Positions 25,640 through 37,753 of a stretch of 64,000 bases of DNA are shown piece after piece (positions within the stretch are counted from its first letter, which is position 1; every line of letters begins with the position of its first letter). The stretch is from NCBI RefSeq assembly GCF_055900595.2, contig NZ_CM148325.1. One strand, given 5' to 3'. The notes under the pieces were generated by a model. That model did not search any database, was not told the DNA's origin, and saw only the letters and a list, made by a program, of their open reading frames with translations. Position numbers and translations under genes: made by a program.

Positions 25640-26490
25640 TGCGGACACAGTGGCCCTCTCCGGCAAAACTTAATCTGTTTTTATACATTACCGGTCAGCG
25701 TTCGGACGGTTACCACACGCTGCAAACGCTGTTTCAGTTCCTGGATTACGGCGACACCATCAGCATTGAGCTTCGTGACGATGGGGATATTCGTCTGTTA
25801 ACCCCCGTTGAAGGCGTGGAACATGAAGATAACCTGATCGTTCGCGCAGCACGGTTGCTGATGAAAACAGCAGCCGCCAGCGGGCGTCTTCCTACGGGAA
25901 GCGGTGCAGAAATCAGTATTGACAAGCGTTTGCCGATGGGCGGCGGTCTGGGTGGTGGTTCATCCAATGCCGCGACGGTGCTGGTGGCATTAAACCATCT
26001 CTGGCAATGCGGGCTAAGCATTGATGAACTGGCGGAAATGGGGCTGACGCTGGGCGCAGATGTTCCTGTCTTTGTTCGGGGGCATGCCGCGTTTGCCGAA
26101 GGCGTTGGTGAAATACTAACGCCGGTGGATCCGCCAGAGAAGTGGTACTTGGTGGCGCACCCTGGTGTAAGTATTCCGACACCGGTGATTTTTAAAGATC
26201 CTGAACTCCCGCGCAATACGCCAAAAAGGTCAATAGAAACGTTGCTAAAATGTGAATTCAGCAATGATTGCGAGGTTATCGCAAGAAAACGTTTTCGCGA
26301 GGTTGATGCGGTGCTTTCCTGGCTGTTAGAATACGCCCCGTCGCGCCTGACTGGGACAGGGGCCTGTGTCTTTGCTGAATTTGATACAGAGTCTGAAGCC
26401 CGCCAGGTGCTAGAGCAAGCCCCGGAATGGCTCAATGGCTTTGTGGCGAAAGGCGTTAATCTTTCCCCATTGCACAGAGCCATGCTTTAA
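25639..26490 (+). CDS. ispE: 4-diphosphocytidyl-2-C-methyl-D-erythritol kinase
   Basis: 283 aa GHMP kinase motif ([14 protein letters not shown]); start overlaps the lolB stop. Confidence 0.9.
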
Positions 26491-26514
26491 GCCGGGCAAG
26501 CTGAGTTTCGGTGA

Positions 26515-27588
<1,074 letters not shown>

Positions 27589-27606
27589 TCGAACCCGGCT
27601 CAAAGA

Positions 27607-27627
27607 CCCGCTGCGGCGGGTTTTTTT
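27607..27627 (+). terminator. Intrinsic terminator after prs
   Basis: CCCGC-TGCG-GCGGG hairpin followed by TTTTTTT. Confidence 0.7.
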
Positions 27628-27712
27628 GTCTGTAATATCCATTTGTATGACCTATGCCTCCTTCACCTGCCATTTAGTTGACAGATGATGCGCTCACGGA
27701 TGAAACATTATT

Positions 27713-29392
27713 GTGAACAAAATATTTTCCTCACATGTGATGCCTTTCCGCGCTCTGATCGACGCTTGCTGGAAAGAAAAATATACTGCCGCACGGTTTA
27801 CCCGTGACCTGATTGCCGGGATAACCGTCGGGATTATTGCTATCCCGCTGGCGATGGCGTTGGCTATTGGTAGTGGTGTGGCACCCCAGTACGGTTTATA
27901 TACCGCAGCTGTTGCGGGGATTGTCATTGCTCTGACGGGTGGGTCACGCTTTAGCGTTTCCGGTCCGACTGCGGCATTTGTGGTAATTCTCTATCCCGTT
28001 TCGCAACAGTTTGGACTGGCAGGACTGCTGGTCGCGACACTCATGTCAGGTGTCTTTTTGATCCTGATGGGGCTGGCACGTTTTGGACGCTTGATTGAAT
28101 ATATTCCGGTTTCCGTGACCTTAGGTTTCACCTCGGGTATCGGGATCACCATCGGTACCATGCAGATTAAAGATTTTCTCGGTCTGCAAATGGCCCATGT
28201 CCCGGAGCATTATCTACAAAAAGTCGGCGCATTATTTATGGCGTTGCCGACCATTAATGTGGGTGATGCTGCCATTGGCATTGTGACGCTTGGCATTCTG
28301 GTTTTCTGGCCGCGTCTGGGCATTCGTTTGCCTGGTCACCTTCCGGCCTTGCTGGCTGGTTGCGCGGTGATGGGAATTGTTAACCTGCTCGGCGGACATG
28401 TTGCTACCATCGGTTCGCAATTCCACTACGTCCTGGCCGATGGTACTCAGGGTAACGGTATTCCGCAACTGCTGCCACAGCTGGTACTGCCGTGGGACCT
28501 GCCTAATTCAGAATTCACGCTAACCTGGGATTCTATTCGCACACTGCTGCCTGCGGCATTCTCAATGGCAATGCTCGGCGCAATCGAATCTCTGCTCTGT
28601 GCCGTGGTACTGGATGGTATGACCGGAACGAAACACAAAGCGAACAGTGAACTGGTTGGACAGGGGCTGGGGAATATTATCGCTCCGTTCTTTGGTGGTA
28701 TTACCGCTACAGCTGCCATCGCGCGTTCTGCCGCTAACGTCCGTGCCGGGGCTACTTCCCCTATCTCGGCGGTGATCCACTCTATTCTGGTTATTCTTGC
28801 CCTGCTGGTACTGGCACCGCTGCTCTCCTGGCTGCCGCTTTCCGCCATGGCGGCCCTGCTGTTGATGGTGGCGTGGAACATGAGTGAAGCGCACAAAGTG
28901 GTCGACTTGCTGCGTCATGCGCCGAAAGATGACATCATCGTCATGCTACTGTGTATGTCATTGACCGTGCTGTTTGATATGGTTATTGCCATCAGCGTGG
29001 GGATCGTGCTGGCATCGCTACTGTTTATGCGTCGTATCGCACGTATGACTCGCCTGGCACCGGTAGTCGTAGACGTTCCAGACGATGTTCTGGTTCTGCG
29101 CGTTATTGGCCCGCTGTTCTTTGCTGCCGCTGAAGGCTTGTTCACGGACCTGGAGTCACGTCTTGAAGGCAAACGGATTGTGATTCTGAAGTGGGATGCC
29201 GTTCCGGTGCTTGATGCTGGTGGCCTTGATGCGTTCCAGCGTTTTGTGAAGCGTCTGCCCGAAGGATGTGAACTGCGCGTGTGTAACGTGGAATTCCAGC
29301 CGCTGCGCACTATGGCTCGCGCAGGGATTCAACCGATCCCGGGACGCCTGGCGTTCTTCCCGAATCGTCGCGCGGCGATGGCGGATTTATAA
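27713..29392 (+). CDS. dauA: SulP-family C4-dicarboxylate transporter with C-terminal STAS domain
   Basis: 559 aa from a GTG start ([20 protein letters not shown]...); polytopic membrane domain plus STAS. Confidence 0.9.
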   Translation: MNKIFSSHVMPFRALIDACWKEKYTAARFTRDLIAGITVGIIAIPLAMALAIGSGVAPQYGLYTAAVAGIVIALTGGSRFSVSGPTAAFVVILYPVSQQFGLAGLLVATLMSGVFLILMGLARFGRLIEYIPVSVTLGFTSGIGITIGTMQIKDFLGLQMAHVPEHYLQKVGALFMALPTINVGDAAIGIVTLGILVFWPRLGIRLPGHLPALLAGCAVMGIVNLLGGHVATIGSQFHYVLADGTQGNGIPQLLPQLVLPWDLPNSEFTLTWDSIRTLLPAAFSMAMLGAIESLLCAVVLDGMTGTKHKANSELVGQGLGNIIAPFFGGITATAAIARSAANVRAGATSPISAVIHSILVILALLVLAPLLSWLPLSAMAALLLMVAWNMSEAHKVVDLLRHAPKDDIIVMLLCMSLTVLFDMVIAISVGIVLASLLFMRRIARMTRLAPVVVDVPDDVLVLRVIGPLFFAAAEGLFTDLESRLEGKRIVILKWDAVPVLDAGGLDAFQRFVKRLPEGCELRVCNVEFQPLRTMARAGIQPIPGRLAFFPNRRAAMADL

Positions 29393-29446
29393 GTACGAAA
29401 TTGACCAGTCAGCGCAAACTGACTGGTCAGCAAACTGCATTATTTG

Positions 29447-29725
29447 TTAGCTATGACGGCGATTATCGCTACGGCGGCAACGTTTGTCATAGTGGCGAAC
29501 CCACCAGTAACGGTCGCACACCTGTTCATGCCCGCCAACACGGGCACCCGCCAGCCAGAGAATGGCACCGACGAAAATACTTAGCACTGCACCATGTGCG
29601 AAATACTGGGGCATATTAAACTGTGGTAACTGGTTGAGGATTGAATACCCCACACCAACTACCATCACCACCAGACCCAACCCCATGAGCACGTTACCGA
29701 GTAACGAAGCGTTTTTGCGTTTCAT
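29447..29725 (-). CDS. ychH: Small inner-membrane protein YchH
   Basis: 92 aa MKRKNASLLGNVLMGLGLVVMVVGVGYSIL...; two TM segments. Confidence 0.8.
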   Translation of the reverse strand: MKRKNASLLGNVLMGLGLVVMVVGVGYSILNQLPQFNMPQYFAHGAVLSIFVGAILWLAGARVGGHEQVCDRYWWVRHYDKRCRRSDNRRHS

Positions 29726-30002
29726 ATGTCACCTCCGGAACTTTCTGGGTTGTAACAGGGAATACCCCTCTTCCTTATGTGTAAAGTATAGACAACACCC
29801 TGTGGGTTATGTGCGGGCGTGATCACAATTACAACCCTTATTTCAACAAAACTTTACAAATAAACGCCTGAACACCTTGATTTTCTAATAGTCCACTTAG
29901 GCAATTATTGCGTTATCTGCATTTGATACGCAGTTTTTTGTCAAGCGGGGCCGCAACCAGTAAACTACGCGCCAGTTATGTACACACTCAGGACAAAAAA
30001 AC

Positions 30003-30587
30003 GTGACGATTAAATTGATTGTCGGCCTGGCGAACCCCGGCGCTGAATACGCCGCAACGCGACATAATGCTGGTGCCTGGTTCGTTGACTTACTGGCAGA
30101 GCGATTGCGCGCTCCGCTGCGCGAAGAGGCTAAATTCTTTGGTTATACTTCGCGAGTCACCCTTGGAGGCGAAGATGTCCGCCTGTTAGTCCCGACTACA
30201 TTTATGAATCTCAGCGGCAAAGCCGTTGCGGCGATGGCCAGTTTTTTCCGCATTAATCCGGACGAGATTCTGGTGGCCCACGACGAACTGGATCTGCCTC
30301 CTGGCGTCGCCAAATTTAAGTTGGGCGGTGGCCATGGTGGTCACAATGGACTGAAAGACATCATCAGTAAATTGGGTAATAACCCTAACTTTCACCGTTT
30401 ACGCATCGGAATCGGTCATCCGGGCGATAAAAATAAAGTTGTCGGTTTTGTGTTAGGCAAACCGCCTGTTAGTGAACAGAAGTTAATTGATGAAGCCATC
30501 GACGAAGCGGCACGTTGTACTGAAATGTGGTTTACAGAGGGCTTGACCAAAGCAACGAACCGATTGCACGCCTTTAAAGCGCAATAA
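30003..30587 (+). CDS. pth: Peptidyl-tRNA hydrolase
   Basis: 194 aa from a GTG start ([27 protein letters not shown]...). Confidence 0.9.
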   Translation: MTIKLIVGLANPGAEYAATRHNAGAWFVDLLAERLRAPLREEAKFFGYTSRVTLGGEDVRLLVPTTFMNLSGKAVAAMASFFRINPDEILVAHDELDLPPGVAKFKLGGGHGGHNGLKDIISKLGNNPNFHRLRIGIGHPGDKNKVVGFVLGKPPVSEQKLIDEAIDEAARCTEMWFTEGLTKATNRLHAFKAQ

Positions 30588-30703
30588 GTCGTTGTCTGCG
30601 GCATTTTTGCCGAGTGCCGTGTATAATAGGCAAAGTTATTTCCATTTCTGCAATCTGTTAGCAATAACAGGTTGATTATTAAGATATTAAGGTGATTTAA
30701 ATC

Positions 30704-31795
30704 ATGGGATTCAAATGCGGTATCGTCGGTTTGCCCAACGTCGGGAAATCTACCCTGTTCAACGCGCTGACCAAAGCCGGTATTGAAGCGGCCAACTTTC
30801 CATTCTGCACCATCGAGCCGAACACAGGCGTCGTACCAATGCCTGACCCTCGCCTGGATCAACTGGCTGAAATCGTAAAACCGCAGCGTACGCTTCCCAC
30901 GACCATGGAATTTGTCGATATCGCCGGTCTGGTAAAAGGCGCATCGAAAGGCGAAGGTCTGGGTAACCAGTTCCTGACCAACATCCGTGAAACCGAAGCG
31001 ATCGGTCACGTTGTTCGCTGCTTTGAAAACGACAACATCATTCACGTTTCCGGCAAAGTTAACCCGGCGGATGATATTGAAGTTATCAACACAGAACTGG
31101 CGCTGGCAGACCTCGACACCTGCGAACGTGCGATTCATCGCGTACAGAAGAAAGCCAAAGGCGGCGATAAAGACGCGAAAGCCGAGCTGGCGGTACTGGA
31201 AAAATGCCTGCCACAGCTGGAAAACGCAGGTATGCTGCGCGCGCTGGATTTAAGCGCTGAAGAGAAAGCGGCTATTCGTTACCTGAGCTTCCTGACGCTG
31301 AAACCAACAATGTACATCGCCAACGTCAACGAAGACGGTTTTGAAAACAACCCGTATCTTGACCAGGTGCGTGAAATCGCGGCGAAAGAAGGTTCTGTTG
31401 TGGTTCCGGTTTGTGCTGCTGTTGAAGCAGACATTGCCGAACTGGACGACGAAGAACGTGACGAGTTTATGCAGGAGCTTGGGCTGGAAGAGCCGGGCCT
31501 GAACCGCGTGATCCGTGCCGGTTATAAGCTGCTGAACCTGCAAACTTACTTCACTGCTGGGGTGAAAGAAGTGCGTGCATGGACCATTCCGGTTGGTGCA
31601 ACCGCGCCGCAGGCCGCTGGCAAAATCCATACTGATTTTGAAAAAGGCTTTATCCGCGCACAAACTATTTCGTTCGAAGATTTCATCACTTACAAAGGTG
31701 AACAAGGCGCGAAAGAAGCAGGCAAAATGCGTGCAGAAGGTAAAGATTACATCGTTAAAGATGGCGATGTAATGAACTTCCTGTTCAACGTCTAA
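30704..31795 (+). CDS. ychF: Ribosome-binding ATPase YchF (Obg family)
   Basis: 363 aa; P-loop GLPNVGKST and a C-terminal TGS domain. Confidence 0.95.
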
Positions 31796-31854
31796 TTAAT
31801 TTGTTGTCTCATGAGGTTTCGCTAAATCTCATGAAGAGCGCAAAAGTATATAAA

Positions 31855-31879
31855 ATCCACGCAATTGCGTGGATTTTTC
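31855..31879 (+). terminator. Intrinsic terminator after ychF
   Basis: ATCCACGC-AATT-GCGTGGAT palindrome followed by TTTTTC; A-run upstream makes it potentially bidirectional. Confidence 0.65.
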
Positions 31880-32639
31880 ATTTCACCGAGTCCTAACCAT
31901 TCTTATAACATCCTACACTTTTGTGCTTATTGCCTATAGTGAACCACGAGAATAATTAAAGACATAAGTGTTCAGATGAGGGATATCTCATTAGCAATGA
32001 GATCACGTAAGTTTGTGTTCCACTGCACATCAGACACCTTTTACAGCTGATCAATATTGATCACGCTCCAATATGCTGGCGAGAAAAGGACTTGCCTGAA
32101 GGGCAATATCCAGCAGATAAAGCCCCCGAATAACGTGATTACGTGCGATCCTGGCAAGATGAAAATGATAACCAGTATCACGATAATAACGATATGCCAG
32201 AAAATCCATTGATCAAAAATGAATATCGATGTTTTTTGCTTTTTCTTATTAGTAATGCAAAAATGGCTCATATTGTTTTTGTTATGCAGATACATCAAGC
32301 GAAAACCCCATAACTAATTAGGATTATTACCAAAAATATTCACCAAATTATTTAACCGCTGTTTGTTGTAATGTTTTTGTCATATTCATAGTAACGAATT
32401 GGAATAAGTAACGACAACTTAGGGAATAACTCGATCTAAACTCACCTTTGTAAGGGGGATGTTAAATATATATTAATTCCTGTGTTCCTGATTTTGCCCG
32501 GTAATAGAGAATTATTCTCAGAGCAGCTCATCATGATTGCACCATACAAATATCATGATGATAAGAGGATATTATTCATTGACTTAAACAAAGTGACAAA
32601 ATCCATAGACCCATAGCTTGGGTACTATATAGGAGTGGT

Positions 32640-35507
32640 ATGGGCATCAAACAACATAATGGGAATACCAAAGCCGATCGTCTCGCTGAATTAAAAATCC
32701 GTTCGCCCTCCATTCAACTGATAAAATATGGCGCTATTGGTTTGAATGCAATTATCTTTTCCCCCCTGCTGATAGCTGCTGATTTAGGAAGTCAAAATGG
32801 CACCAATATTACTATTAATGATGGTGACAGAATTACAGGAGATACCGCCGATCCATCAGGAAACCTCTATGGTGTAATGACCCCAGCAGGAAACACGCCT
32901 GGCAATATCAACCTGGGTGATGATGTCACCGTCAATGTCAACGACGCCTCTGGATATGCAAAGGGAATCATTATTCAGGGCAAGAACAGCTCTCTGACAG
33001 CTAACCGACTTACAGTAGATGTTGTTGGTCAAACCTCTGCCATCGGCATTAATTTAATTGGTGACTATACACATGCTGACTTAGGCACAGGCAGCACCAT
33101 TAAGAGTAACGATGACGGCATCATTATTGGGCATAGCTCAACACTAACAGCCTCTCAATTCACCATTGAAAACTCGAACGGTATAGGCCTAACCATCAAT
33201 GACTATGGCACCAGTGTCGATCTTGGAAGCGGTAGTAAAATCAAGACCGATGGAAGTACAGGTGTTTATATCGGTGGTCTCAACGGCAATAACGCCAACG
33301 GTGCTGCGCGTTTTACGGCGACAGACCTGACAATCGATGTTCAGGGCTACAGCGCCATGGGAATAAACGTACAGAAAAACTCTGTTGTCGATCTCGGAAC
33401 AAACAGTACCATTAAAACCAATGGCGATAATGCACACGGCCTCTGGAGCTTTGGCCAGGTGAGCGCGAATGCACTCACTGTTGATGTAACTGGAGCCGCT
33501 GCCAATGGCGTCGAAGTTCGTGGTGGTACAACCACTATCGGTGCTGATAGCCATATTTCTTCCGCGCAGGGCGGTGGCCTCGTAACCAGTGGTTCAGACG
33601 CGACAATCAATTTTTCTGGCACGGCAGCGCAACGAAACAGCATCTTTTCCAGCGGTTCTTATGGTGCCTCAGCCCAGACGGCAACGGCTGTTATCAACAT
33701 GCAAAATACCGATATTACGGTTGATCGTAATGGCAGTCTGGCGCTGGGTTTGTGGGCGCTCAGCGGCGGTAGAATAACCGGAGACAGTTTGGCTATCACC
33801 GGCGCGGCAGGAGCCAGGGGGATTTATGCCATGACCAACAGCCAGATCGATCTCACGAGCGATCTGGTCATTGATATGAGTACACACGACCAGATGGCCA
33901 TCGCAACGCAACATGACGATGGTTATGCCGCCAGCCGCATCAACGCTTCGGGTCGTATGCTTATCAACGGTAGCGTTCTTTCTAAAGGTGGGCTAATCAA
34001 TCTGGATATGCACCCTGGGTCGGTTTGGACAGGTTCTTCCCTCAGCGATAATGTCAATGGCGGGAAACTAGACGTTGCAATGAATAACAGCGTCTGGAAC
34101 GTAACAAGTAATTCTAATCTCGACACGCTGGCGCTGAGCCATTCAACTGTCGATTTTGCCAGCCACGCGTCAACTGCCGGCACATTTACCACATTAAACG
34201 TAGAGAACCTTAGCGGTAACAGTACCTTTATTATGCGTGCTGATGTTGTTGGCGAGGGTAATGGCGTTAATAATAAAGGGGATTTATTGAATATCAGCGG
34301 GAGTAGTGCTGGTAATCACGTATTGGCTATCCGTAACCAGGGCAGCGAGGCCACAACGGGAAATGAAGTTCTGACAGTGGTAAAAACCACTGACGGCGCG
34401 GCCTCGTTCAGCGCGTCTTCTCAGGTTGAGTTGGGGGGATATCTGTATGATGTGCGTAAAAATGGCACTAACTGGGAGCTTTATGCTTCCGGGACAATTC
34501 CGGAGCCGACTCCTAATCCAGAGCCCACACCAGCTCCCGCTCAGCCCCCCATAGTCAACCCTGATCCTACGCCTGCCCCCGCTCCCACGCCTAAACCCAC
34601 CACGACCGCAGATGCTGGCGGCAATTATCTCAATGTCGGTTACTTATTGAACTATGTTGAAAACCGTACGCTGATGCAACGGATGGGTGACCTGCGAAAT
34701 CAGGGTAAAGACGGTAATATCTGGTTGCGCAGTTATGGGGGAAGCCTGGACTCCTTTGCCAGTGGCAAACTGAGCGGCTTTGACATGGGTTACAGCGGTA
34801 TCCAGTTTGGTGGGGATAAACGTCTCTCTGATGAAATGCCGTTGTATGTCGGTCTGTATATTGGCTCAACACATGCATCGCCGGACTATAGCGGAGGCGA
34901 CGGTACCGCACGTTCAGACTACATGGGAATGTACGCCAGTTACATGGCACACAACGGTTTTTACAGCGATCTCGTTGTAAAAGCATCGCACCAGAAAAAT
35001 AGTTTCCACGTACTGGACAGTCAGAACAACGGCGTTAACGCCAACGGCACTGCGAATGGATTGAGCATCTCCCTGGAAGCCGGGCAGAGGTTCAACCTGA
35101 CCCCTACTGGTTATGGGTTCTATATAGAGCCGCAAACCCAGCTCACATACAGCCACCAGAATGAGATGGCTATGAAGGCGAGTAATGGTCTCAATATACA
35201 TCTGAATCACTACGAATCGCTGCTGGGGCGTGCCAGCATGATACTGGGATATGACATCACCGCAGGCAACAGCCAGCTGAATGTCTATGTGAAGACTGGC
35301 GCTATCCGCGAGTTTTCAGGGGATACCGAATATCTGTTGAACAACTCCCGGGAGAAGTACAGTTTCAAAGGTAATGGCTGGAATAACGGCGTGGGAGTCA
35401 GAGCACAGTATAACAAACAGCACACATTCTATCTCGAAGCGGATTACACGCAGGGTAACCTCTTTGATCAGAAGCAAGTCAACGGAGGATATCGCTTCAG
35501 CTTTTAA
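32640..35507 (+). CDS. ycgV: Autotransporter adhesin (type Va secretion), YcgV-like
   Basis: 955 aa; Gly/Thr/Asn-rich repetitive passenger; Pro-rich linker (PEPTPNPEPTPAPAQPPIVNPDPTPAPAPTPKPTT); C-terminal beta-barrel ending ...GGYRFSF. Confidence 0.85.
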   Translation: MGIKQHNGNTKADRLAELKIRSPSIQLIKYGAIGLNAIIFSPLLIAADLGSQNGTNITINDGDRITGDTADPSGNLYGVMTPAGNTPGNINLGDDVTVNVNDASGYAKGIIIQGKNSSLTANRLTVDVVGQTSAIGINLIGDYTHADLGTGSTIKSNDDGIIIGHSSTLTASQFTIENSNGIGLTINDYGTSVDLGSGSKIKTDGSTGVYIGGLNGNNANGAARFTATDLTIDVQGYSAMGINVQKNSVVDLGTNSTIKTNGDNAHGLWSFGQVSANALTVDVTGAAANGVEVRGGTTTIGADSHISSAQGGGLVTSGSDATINFSGTAAQRNSIFSSGSYGASAQTATAVINMQNTDITVDRNGSLALGLWALSGGRITGDSLAITGAAGARGIYAMTNSQIDLTSDLVIDMSTHDQMAIATQHDDGYAASRINASGRMLINGSVLSKGGLINLDMHPGSVWTGSSLSDNVNGGKLDVAMNNSVWNVTSNSNLDTLALSHSTVDFASHASTAGTFTTLNVENLSGNSTFIMRADVVGEGNGVNNKGDLLNISGSSAGNHVLAIRNQGSEATTGNEVLTVVKTTDGAASFSASSQVELGGYLYDVRKNGTNWELYASGTIPEPTPNPEPTPAPAQPPIVNPDPTPAPAPTPKPTTTADAGGNYLNVGYLLNYVENRTLMQRMGDLRNQGKDGNIWLRSYGGSLDSFASGKLSGFDMGYSGIQFGGDKRLSDEMPLYVGLYIGSTHASPDYSGGDGTARSDYMGMYASYMAHNGFYSDLVVKASHQKNSFHVLDSQNNGVNANGTANGLSISLEAGQRFNLTPTGYGFYIEPQTQLTYSHQNEMAMKASNGLNIHLNHYESLLGRASMILGYDITAGNSQLNVYVKTGAIREFSGDTEYLLNNSREKYSFKGNGWNNGVGVRAQYNKQHTFYLEADYTQGNLFDQKQVNGGYRFSF

Positions 35508-35606
35508 GTGCGGGATAGACAAGCCCTTAAACGATGCTGAAAATTTTTAGCGTGCGCCGGAATGAAATACAGATCACTCTGATGTATCAGAAATCGTCTC
35601 TGTCTT

Positions 35607-37526
35607 TCATACCCGGCGCTTAAACTGCCCTGCATCAATGCCATGTTGCTTCATTTTCCGCCACAGCGTAGTGCGGCCGATTCCAAGTAAAGCCGACATT
35701 TCCTGAATGCGACCGCCTGTGACCTGGGCTGCGTTAATAATTGCCTCTTTTTCAACTTCCGCAAATGACAGACTGGTGGAAAGGCGAGTGGCGCTGACAT
35801 CATCTGTCGCCTGCTCGGTAAACAGATGTTCAGGCAAATCACTGACGCGAATGCGCCCGTTATCACTACTCAGAGCAAGATTCTCGATGACGCTGTAAAG
35901 TTCAAAATCGTTGCCTGGCCATGCACAAGAAACCAGGCGAGCGAGGGCATCGTCATCAATTTTCAGACGCGTAGAGAAGCGTTTTTCAAGACTGCGTAAT
36001 TTGTTATTCACCAGCGCCGGAATGCTGCCACGCCGCATACGCAGAGGCGGGATGGTAATTTCAAATGCATGCAGCGCGTAATACAGCTGGCGACTAAAGC
36101 GATTTTGTTCCACCAGCATTGCCAGGTCCGCGGTCGTTGTGGCAATCACTTTGACATCAATTGGTATTAAACGCCGCGCATCCAGTCGCGTGATAACACC
36201 CTGCTTGATAACCTGAAGCAAAGCAGACTGTAACTCCACCGCCAGATATTCAATCTTTTCAAGAAACAGCGTGCCGCCGTGCGCCAGTTCCAGTCGACTC
36301 AGACGACCATTTTCATTGTCCGTGCGATCGCCGCCAATAAATTCTTCCGCCAGCGCCGCATCACCATATAACTCACAATTGACGGCGATGTAGGGACCTG
36401 CTGCACGCTCACTTTCATTATGAATTGCCTGACTTAGCAGTGCCTTGCCTACGCCCTCTTCGCCACAAAGCAAAACAGGAAAGCTACTACGCGCCGCCTG
36501 GCGGCCAAAATGAATCAAGCGGCGAGTTTGCGGATCGTCCTGTGGCATATGAGCGAAGGTATGGCTGACTTTTCCCAATTGACTGGTCATCAACTGCCGC
36601 ATCTGTTCCACGGGATGGAGCAACAAAATAAAGCTGGTTCCCTGCGTTTCTATTATCGGTTTAAGGGTTATCACCGCATCAATAAACTGGTGCTGACTTT
36701 CAAAGGTTGCTTCTACGTGTTTGAGCGGATGTGCCTGTTTTATTGCTTGTTGCAATACAGCGGGTAACGTTAAGAGTTCAGTGATCGCCCTTCCCTGACT
36801 TGCCGTCGCGTCAAGGCGCAAGACCCGCGCCGCCTGGGCATTGATAAATTGCAAATTACCCTGCTCGTCCCAGCTAATCACGCCATCGTCCATACTTTCC
36901 AGCAAGGCGTTAAGTTGATTTAAATGTCGGTTTGTTTCAGCCAGTAAATTGTCGGTCAGCAGTAAATTTCCGACCTCGCGTGCGATTGCCAACGTCAACG
37001 GCAAATCAGCTGCGGTAGTTTGCTCAACCGGACACGCCAGCGCTATTGTTCCCGTCAATCGGCCCTTGCTGTCAAACAACGGTGTTGCACAAAAGGCCCA
37101 GTTCCAGAGTGCCTGTTTGAAATGTTGATCGGCCATCGTTTTCACGGCCTGACCAGAGATAGCCGCTAACGATAGCGCACAGGTACCAATAATTCCCTCT
37201 GCGCAATACGTGCCGTCATTGAATCCCAGGACGCTAAGCTGGTGCAGCGTTTGTGGATCACCAAAACGACTAAGGATGCAGGCGGTTTCATCAAGGATGA
37301 ACAGTCCGCACGCCCGCGATTCCATATATTCCCAGGCATCTTCCAGCGCAGCCTGCCCGAGCGTCAGCATCACTTTCTTACGCCGATAGATAGAAGCAAA
37401 TGTCACGCCCTGGGCCTGGTGCGGTACGCTCCATGTCTCCCGTTTCATCAGTTTATTGCATCGCTCCCAGGAGGCTGCAATTAAGGGAGATATGCCCCGT
37501 TCATCGTTGTTAAAAGCGCCACTCAT
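35607..37526 (-). CDS. dhaR: Sigma-54-independent PAS/AAA+ transcriptional activator of dihydroxyacetone kinase genes
   Basis: 639 aa from MSGAFNNDERGISPLIAASWERC; GAF/PAS, AAA+ (GEEGVGK) and C-terminal Fis-type HTH. Confidence 0.9.
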   Translation of the reverse strand: MSGAFNNDERGISPLIAASWERCNKLMKRETWSVPHQAQGVTFASIYRRKKVMLTLGQAALEDAWEYMESRACGLFILDETACILSRFGDPQTLHQLSVLGFNDGTYCAEGIIGTCALSLAAISGQAVKTMADQHFKQALWNWAFCATPLFDSKGRLTGTIALACPVEQTTAADLPLTLAIAREVGNLLLTDNLLAETNRHLNQLNALLESMDDGVISWDEQGNLQFINAQAARVLRLDATASQGRAITELLTLPAVLQQAIKQAHPLKHVEATFESQHQFIDAVITLKPIIETQGTSFILLLHPVEQMRQLMTSQLGKVSHTFAHMPQDDPQTRRLIHFGRQAARSSFPVLLCGEEGVGKALLSQAIHNESERAAGPYIAVNCELYGDAALAEEFIGGDRTDNENGRLSRLELAHGGTLFLEKIEYLAVELQSALLQVIKQGVITRLDARRLIPIDVKVIATTTADLAMLVEQNRFSRQLYYALHAFEITIPPLRMRRGSIPALVNNKLRSLEKRFSTRLKIDDDALARLVSCAWPGNDFELYSVIENLALSSDNGRIRVSDLPEHLFTEQATDDVSATRLSTSLSFAEVEKEAIINAAQVTGGRIQEMSALLGIGRTTLWRKMKQHGIDAGQFKRRV

Positions 37527-37619
37527 ATCCCGCATCCTTTGTGACAAAAGGTGTTCCGGCTCGCAATTTTTAGTATTAAAACGCGTAAAAGTTTCAATAT
37601 GGAACATTCATTAAAACAT

Positions 37620-37638
37620 ATGTTTCACCATGAAACAT
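37620..37638. promoter_or_regulatory. Perfect 8-3-8 palindrome in the dhaR–dhaK divergent promoter region (candidate operator)
   Basis: ATGTTTCA-CCA-TGAAACAT, 116 bp upstream of the dhaK start. Confidence 0.35.
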
Positions 37639-37753
37639 AATTTGGGCTAATTTTCTTTTCCCTTACCTGATGCACAATGGATTTATCGGCAGTCAGTGGT
37701 CGCCGTGTCGTTGAACATCATCCATGCCCTACCGTAATTGCTGGAGCAAGATA

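Noticed and set aside
25746-26483. 245-codon minus-strand ORF within ispE
   Set aside because: Antisense shadow of ispE, with a Ser/Pro/Ala-rich low-complexity translation.
30416-31138. 240-codon minus-strand ORF spanning the pth–ychF junction
   Set aside because: It overlaps two well-supported genes on the opposite strand and the intergenic promoter.
32041-32298. 85-codon hydrophobic ORF in the AT-rich region upstream of ycgV
   Set aside because: AT-rich DNA yields Ile/Phe/Leu-rich frames by chance, and there is no convincing RBS. Not called as a gene, but mentioned in a finding.
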